64,000 nucleotides of DNA from contig CAWEXO010000013.1 of NCBI GenBank assembly GCA_963813025.1, forward strand, positions 544,001 through 608,000. Reading direction: 5' to 3'. A program made the position numbers and the translations under genes. Shown here one piece after another: positions 59,044 through 64,000 of the stretch. This stretch comes from an uncultured Verrucomicrobiae bacterium (lineage in GTDB: Bacteria; Verrucomicrobiota; Verrucomicrobiia; Chthoniobacterales; JAFAMB01). The notes beneath the pieces are model-generated. The model made no database searches. It saw nothing but the letters and a program-made list of their open reading frames with translations, and was not told where the DNA came from. Each line of letters starts with the position of its first letter. Position 1 is the first letter of the stretch.

Positions 59044-60171
59044 TAGTACTTAGTTGCTTTAGTTCTTTATATTTATGAAAAATTATGATTTGTTGGATGG
59101 ATGGCAACGGGTCGCATCAAACTTTCTGTGGAAAAGCGCAAGCTCTTGGAGGGTTGGAGTCGAGCGCAACGGGTCGAACACCGGCTCAAGGTCAGGAGTC
59201 AGATTATCTTGAAGGCGGCAGCGGGCTTGAGTGGACGTGCGATTGCCAAGAGCCTGCGCATTCCCGAGGTGACGGTGAGTAAATGGCGGCGGCGCTTTGT
59301 GCGCCAAGGCCTGGCTGGCTTGGAAGACGCGCCACGCAGTGGAAAGCCGGCCAAGTATGATCAAATGACGGTCAAGCGGGTCTTGGCGCTGCTGGATGAA
59401 GATCCACCGGCGGGCTACGGGCGCTGGAATGGGCGACTGCTGGCGCAGAGTCTGGCCGATGTTTCCTCCGATCAAGTCTGGCGCATTTTGCGCCAACAAG
59501 GCATTGAATTGGAACGGCGCCGCAGCTGGTGCATTTCCACCGATCCGGAGTTTGTGCGCAAGGCCGCTGACATTGTCGGTCTTTATCTCAATCCGCCCCA
59601 GAATGCGCTCATCTTGGCCATTGATGAAAAACCAGCCATTCAAGCCCTGGAAAGAGCCCAAGGTTGGATTCGCTTGCCCAATGGCAGGGCGCTGACGGGT
59701 TTTAGCCACGAGTACAAGCGCCATGGCACCTCCACTCTCTTTGCCGCCCTCAACATTGCCAGCGGCCAAGTGCAGGCTGGTCATTACCGGCGCCAGCGCC
59801 GACGGGAATTCCTGGAGTTTATGAACCAGGTAGTTGCCGGAAATCTCGACAAAGAAATTCATGTGGTCTTAGACAACCTTGCGACCCATAAGCCAAAGCA
59901 AGATCGCTGGTTGAAGGCTCACCCCAATGTGCATTTTCATTTCACTCCAACCCACGCTTCTTGGCTCAACCAGATTGAGATCTGGTTTAGTATCTTGAGC
60001 CGCCAAGCCCTCCAGGGGGCAAACTTCACCAGCGTGGCAGAGCTGCGCAACGCCATCGACACCTTCATCAAGAACTACAATAACAATGCGGCTCCCTTCG
60101 AATGGACCAAATCCCAGGTACATCAGGGGAAAGTCGCCATACATATAACTAACTTACGCAATTAGGCACTA
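59044..60171 (+). mobile_element. IS630-family element, transposase 59101-60165
   Basis: DEK, HEYKRHGT, DNLATHK, TPTHASWLNQIE; IRs CTAGTACTTAGTTGCTTTAGTT / AACTTACGCAATTAGGCACTAG with CTAG at both junctions. Confidence 0.93.
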
Positions 60172-60389
60172 GTTCCTTGTTCTCGGACGACAAAACTGGG
60201 AGGCCAGTCAAGCCTCTGATTCTCACGATAAGCCCGGAGAAGGGCATCGGTGCATAGTTGAAAAAAATGGCTTCGATCTTTGAAACCGAATTCGCGGACC
60301 ACTCGTTCCAGAGAGCCCAGGTTCTCTAATCGCACGCTGGTTGTTCGTTTATTTTCGGCCGTCGGACTGTTGTTCGCCACAGAGTTCAT
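60162..60389 (-). CDS. Small ribbon-helix-helix-like protein; stop codon lies inside the IS630 right end
   Basis: KRTTSVRLENL..LERVVREFGFKDRSHFFQ fits a beta-alpha-alpha pattern. Confidence 0.5.
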   Translation of the reverse strand: MNSVANNSPTAENKRTTSVRLENLGSLERVVREFGFKDRSHFFQLCTDALLRAYRENQRLDWPPSFVVREQGTSA

Positions 60390-61055
60390 TCGTAAAAATC
60401 CTGGTTGGATCGGTCCTGCCGCATTCCGGGATCGGCTCGGTCGAATAAGATCCCGGGCAGCTGGTTGGGTTCCGATTTGCTTTAGCAAATTGCGTTTGGT
60501 GTACTTCCTATTCTGTTGCGTCGCAGTCGCTGTCCCAGATGCACGAAGCAATGCGGAAAGTGAAATGCTCGTCCCGAAGGGCGATGGAAAATAGGCCGAC
60601 AATTCATTGCCGGTGTCGATGCCACCCAAGGGTTTCCACCAGGTTTCCACCCGGGAGTGCCGGGCTGAGGAGCACCTACGTCGATTCAGAGTCATGTAGC
60701 GCGGGCGGCCATGGGCGCTCCCAGCGGATTAAAGCGCTGGAACCTTCCGCCCTAATGAGGGCGAGACGGAGAGGAACGGTTTTCCCGGGTTAACGCCAGG
60801 TTAAAACCTGCGGACTGAGTCCTCATGTTCCTTCGGGACTAAACAAGTTAAAGCCCGACGGGCCATCCCTAGTCCGTACTCCTTTGGCTGCACGAGTGCA
60901 CCGCAGGCCATCGTGGGATCTTAGGCATAGCGGCCCGCCCTCCTTCGCTCAAGAGCCTCGGCGGGACGCAGCCGGGCACAGCTATCACGTGCGCGATCTA
61001 AAGAATGGCGAATCTTTCCGTTGCCAAATGCCTGTCCCTTGGTACTCTCCATTCA

Positions 61056-61181
61056 ATGTTCGTACCTGACTTCAAGCGCAATTGCATCGGTCACATGCCG
61101 GCTACGGCGTGGTGTGACCGGATTGCGCTTCGCGATCTGTCCATCACCCGAAGTGGTGGGTTCGCTAAAAAGTCCAGATAA
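61056..61181 (+). promoter_or_regulatory. Candidate leader peptide (41 aa) overlapping an antiterminator strand
   Basis: MFVPDFKRNCIGHMPATAWCDRIALRDLSITRSGGFAKKSR*; 61153-61166 is complementary to 61199-61212. Confidence 0.5.
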
Positions 61182-61201
61182 ACGAATCAAGATTTTAAAG
61201 C

Positions 61202-61240
61202 AAACCCACCGCTGAGCAACGGCGGTGGGTTTTTTATTTT
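61202..61240 (+). terminator. Rho-independent terminator (attenuator-type position)
   Basis: AAACCCACCGCTG-AGCAA-CGGCGGTGGGTTT followed by TTTATTTT. Confidence 0.85.
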
Positions 61241-61273
61241 CCTACCGCCGGTTCGCGAAACCGGAGAACCCCA

Positions 61274-61435
61274 ATGAACAATAACCAAGACATCGAGCTG
61301 AACCTGGAGCAACAGATGGCTGCTCTCGCCCAATTGTATCTTGAGTTGGCTCTGCCCTTGTCGGCAGCTGTTGAGGCTGCCCTGGCCGACCTGCAGGACC
61401 TTGACGCCGAATTTCTGGTCGCGGAAGCTGCCTAG
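61274..61435 (+). CDS. Small acidic helical protein (53 aa); missing from the ORF track
   Basis: MNNNQDIELNLEQQMAALAQLYLELALPLSAAVEAALADLQDLDAEFLVAEAA; GGAGA RBS; stop overlaps the GTG of the next gene. Confidence 0.6.
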   Translation: MNNNQDIELNLEQQMAALAQLYLELALPLSAAVEAALADLQDLDAEFLVAEAA

Positions 61436-62784
61436 TGGCTCTACCGGCAAACCTGGTGCGCGCAACATCGTGGCAAACCGCTACTTCCCTGGTCCGAAGA
61501 TTGCAGGGCAACGGTTTTGTCGCCTTTTTTGCGGGGGGCAGCGTGCGGGACGCCTTGCGTGGGATGCCCTCGAAAGACATCGACATCGCGACCAGCGCAA
61601 CTCCGGCGGACGTCCAGAGGTTGTTTCGGAAGACGGTCCCGGTTGGAGTTCAATTTGGGGTGGTCCGCGTGCTGGAAGCGGGATGCGAGTTTGAGGTAGC
61701 CACGTTTCGATCCGATGGACGGTATATCGATGGGCGCCATCCGCAGTCAGTACGGTTTTCCTCGCCGGAAGAGGATGCGCAGCGGCGTGACTTCACGATC
61801 AACGGGATGTTCTATGACCCGATCGCGGAATCAGTGTTGGACTTCGTCGGAGGTCAGGCAGACATCGAGCGCCGCCTGATTCGAGCCATTGGTGAGCCCG
61901 CGCACCGGTTCCGGGAAGATCGTCTTCGCCTGCTCCGGGCCGTCCGGTTTGCTGCGACGCTTGGCTTTTCGGTCGAGCCGCTTACCTGGAAAGCACTTCA
62001 ATCGCAAGCAGCCGAAATCGGGCAAGTAAGTCTGGAACGGATTCGCGATGAGCTCATGAAAATTCTATCCCATCCAGCACGTCTACGCGGACTCGATCTG
62101 CTGGATGCGAGCGGATTGCTCGCAATTGTCTTGCCCGAAGTCTTTTCCTTGAAAGGTGTGGAACAGCCCGCGGAATTTCATCCCGAGGGAGACGTTTATG
62201 TTCATACCAGGAAAATGTTAGAGTCTTTGGAGCCAGATTCGCCGCCGTTGCTTGTCCTTTCCGTCTTGCTTCACGATATTGGTAAGCGACCAACCCAGAC
62301 GTTTGATCCGCAGGAGAACCGGATTCGCTTCAATGGCCACGATCGGGTGGGAGCGGAGATGACGGAACGAGTGCTAACCCGGCTGCGCTTCTCGCGGGCC
62401 GAGATCGATGCAGTGGTCGAAGCGGTCCGCAATCACATGGTTTTCAAAGATGTCCAGCGGATGCGGCCGGCGCGTCTGCGCCGCTTTATGGCCCGGGAGA
62501 CTTTCCCGCTGGAGATCGAGTTACACCGAATTGATTGCGAGAGCAGCCACGGTAGCATCGACAATTACCATTTCCTCAAAGACAAGGCCGCCGAGTTCTC
62601 GGCAGAACCTTTGATCCCGCCGCGGCTTCTGAGTGGCAGGGATCTGATCGCGCTCGGATTGAAGCCCGGACCACTGTTCGGGAAAATTCTTGAGGCGGTT
62701 GAGACGGCGCAATTGGAGAATGAGATCGGCACGAAGGAAGAAGCGCTCCAGTTCGTGCGGAGATTGATCGGAGAGGGGAGCTGA
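61435..62784 (+). CDS. cca: CCA-adding tRNA nucleotidyltransferase / poly(A) polymerase family protein with HD domain
   Basis: GGSVRD, DIDIAT, RRDFTING, EDRLRLLRAVRF, HT...LLHDIGK. Confidence 0.88.
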   Translation: MALPANLVRATSWQTATSLVRRLQGNGFVAFFAGGSVRDALRGMPSKDIDIATSATPADVQRLFRKTVPVGVQFGVVRVLEAGCEFEVATFRSDGRYIDGRHPQSVRFSSPEEDAQRRDFTINGMFYDPIAESVLDFVGGQADIERRLIRAIGEPAHRFREDRLRLLRAVRFAATLGFSVEPLTWKALQSQAAEIGQVSLERIRDELMKILSHPARLRGLDLLDASGLLAIVLPEVFSLKGVEQPAEFHPEGDVYVHTRKMLESLEPDSPPLLVLSVLLHDIGKRPTQTFDPQENRIRFNGHDRVGAEMTERVLTRLRFSRAEIDAVVEAVRNHMVFKDVQRMRPARLRRFMARETFPLEIELHRIDCESSHGSIDNYHFLKDKAAEFSAEPLIPPRLLSGRDLIALGLKPGPLFGKILEAVETAQLENEIGTKEEALQFVRRLIGEGS

Positions 62785-62790
62785 AGCTCA

Positions 62791-62882
62791 AGGAAGTTCG
62801 AGGAAGTTCGAGGAAGTTCAAGGAAGTTCAGGGAAGTTCAGGGAAGTTCGGGGAAGAAGGAAGTTCAAGGAAGTTCAGGGAA
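62791..62882 (+). repeat. Left tandem array of RGGAAGTTCR (~9 units)
   Basis: aggaagttcg x2, aggaagttca x2, gggaagttca, gggaagttcg, a partial unit, aggaagttca x2. Confidence 0.95.
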
Positions 62883-62948
62883 TTGTCCGGGTTTGGTTCT
62901 TGCGAAAATCGGCTTGATCACAATAAAGAAACGTTCTATTTCAATGTT

Positions 62949-63335
62949 ATGAAATCCGCAAAAACGTTTCGAGACTTGGTGGTCTGGCAGAGAGCACATC
63001 AATATGTCCTGCAGTTATATAAATTTACTGAGTTATTCCCGAAATATGAGCAGTTCTGCTTGACCTCCCAGATGAGGAGGGCCGCTATTTCCATTCCAGC
63101 CAATATCGCCGAAGGGTTCAAAAAACGGAGTCGCGCGGACAAAACTCGCTATCTGAATATCGCACAAGGGTCACTGGAAGAATCACGATACTATCTCATT
63201 CTAAGCAACGACCTAGGATACGGTGTTGTGTCTTTACTGGAGGCAGAACTAGAGCATGTTTCACGCCTTTTAATTCGGTACGCAAATGCAATTGCAAAGA
63301 ATCAAAATGATCCGCGCGAGGTTTCCCTTCCCTGA
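62949..63335 (+). CDS. Four helix bundle protein (23S rRNA IVP / TIGR02436-like)
   Basis: FRDLVVWQRA, FPKYEQF.LTSQMRRAAISIPANIAEG, IAQGSLEE, DLGY. Confidence 0.93.
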   Translation: MKSAKTFRDLVVWQRAHQYVLQLYKFTELFPKYEQFCLTSQMRRAAISIPANIAEGFKKRSRADKTRYLNIAQGSLEESRYYLILSNDLGYGVVSLLEAELEHVSRLLIRYANAIAKNQNDPREVSLP

Positions 63336-63409
63336 ACTTCCCTGAACTTCCCTGAACTTCCCTGAACTTCCCTGAACTTCCCCGAACTTCCTTGAACTTC
63401 CCTGAACTT
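63331..63409 (-). repeat. Right tandem array, inverted relative to the left array (8 units of CCTGAACTTC)
   Basis: cctgaacttc x5, cccgaacttc, cttgaacttc, cctgaactt. Confidence 0.95.
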
Positions 63410-63414
63410 GCATC

Positions 63415-64000
63415 GTGCGTCCCGCGACCCGTGTGCTCAAGGCAGGCTTGGCGGCCCCGGAAGCTGGGGAACCTTTCCTCGCCGGTCCGACTTTTGCCGC
63501 TCCGTTCCATACGCCGGGCGACCCAGCCGATTCACCGTATAGCTACGGAAGGTTGGGCAATCCGACCTGGGTGCGCTTGGAAGCGGCGATCGGATCGCTG
63601 GAGGGTGGGGAAGCCTGTGTGTTCAGCTCGGGAATGGCCGCCGTTTCTGCCACCCTCGGCTGTTTGATAAGACCGCATATGAGCGTGGTCTTACCCTCCG
63701 ACGGCTACTACGCGGTTCGACAGCTCGCCCGAGCCATGGAAGAAAAAATGCACGTACAGCTTCGCACCGCCACTTCCCAGAATGACCTTTTCGGGTTGAT
63801 CGAAGGTGCGGGCATACTCTGGTTGGAAACGCCAACCAATCCACAGCTTGAGGTCTATGACATAACAGTTCTCGCTGCGGAGGCGCACCGTTGTGGAGCT
63901 TTGGTCATCGTCGATAACACCACAGCCACGTGCCTCGGGCAGCAACCGCTGGAGCTTGGGGCCGACGTTTCACTGGCGAGCGGAACCAAAGGCCTCACTG
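63415..64000 (+). CDS. Cys/Met metabolism PLP-dependent enzyme (cystathionine gamma-lyase/synthase family), runs off the window
   Basis: Manual translation: MRPATRVLKAG...YGRLGNPTW..LE, FSSGMAA, LETPTNP, VDNT, SGTK (PLP lysine). Confidence 0.9.
   Translation, partial: MRPATRVLKAGLAAPEAGEPFLAGPTFAAPFHTPGDPADSPYSYGRLGNPTWVRLEAAIGSLEGGEACVFSSGMAAVSATLGCLIRPHMSVVLPSDGYYAVRQLARAMEEKMHVQLRTATSQNDLFGLIEGAGILWLETPTNPQLEVYDITVLAAEAHRCGALVIVDNTTATCLGQQPLELGADVSLASGTKGLT

Noticed and set aside
62949..63335. Diversity-generating retroelement (Avd-like gene)
   Set aside because: No reverse transcriptase and no TR/VR pair visible in the window.
62791..63409. CRISPR array
   Set aside because: Units are 10-bp head-to-tail repeats with no unique spacers, and there are no cas genes in the window.

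Overview
64-kb bacterial chromosomal window; gene content and repeat style suggest Verrucomicrobiota (inference). Left to right it holds: (1) a stress-type cluster (DUF1328, Zn-dehydrogenase, CgeB-like glycosyltransferase, truncated surE, topoisomerase IB, PfpI); (2) a complete alternative complex III operon (actABCDEF, actG-like) joined to sco and an A2-type caa3 cytochrome c oxidase; (3) a Gfo/Idh/MocA oxidoreductase, an animal-type haem peroxidase, oppABCDF, an aldo-keto reductase, a GHL10 hydrolase, ParA and a SWIM-SNF2 helicase; (4) a 10.5-kb carbohydrate patchwork (pgm, DUF2252, orphan sugar-binding protein, PfkB, cupin, FucP-like MFS, glgC) bounded by a degenerate direct repeat; (5) a decayed ~10.2-kb phage-like element integrated at tRNA-Arg(TCT) through the tRNA 5' half, carrying Fic, ISNCY and IS256; (6) IS630, a candidate leader-peptide attenuator upstream of a CCA-adding-family enzyme, and a four-helix-bundle gene enclosed by inverted arrays of a 10-bp repeat. 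Best novelty candidates: the inverted-array/four-helix-bundle cassette, the attenuator upstream of cca, a REP-like palindrome read in frame in actE, and the 5'-half tRNA integration. Several single-base frameshifts in conserved genes are probably sequencing errors. All calls rest on motif recognition by eye; no database searches were run.
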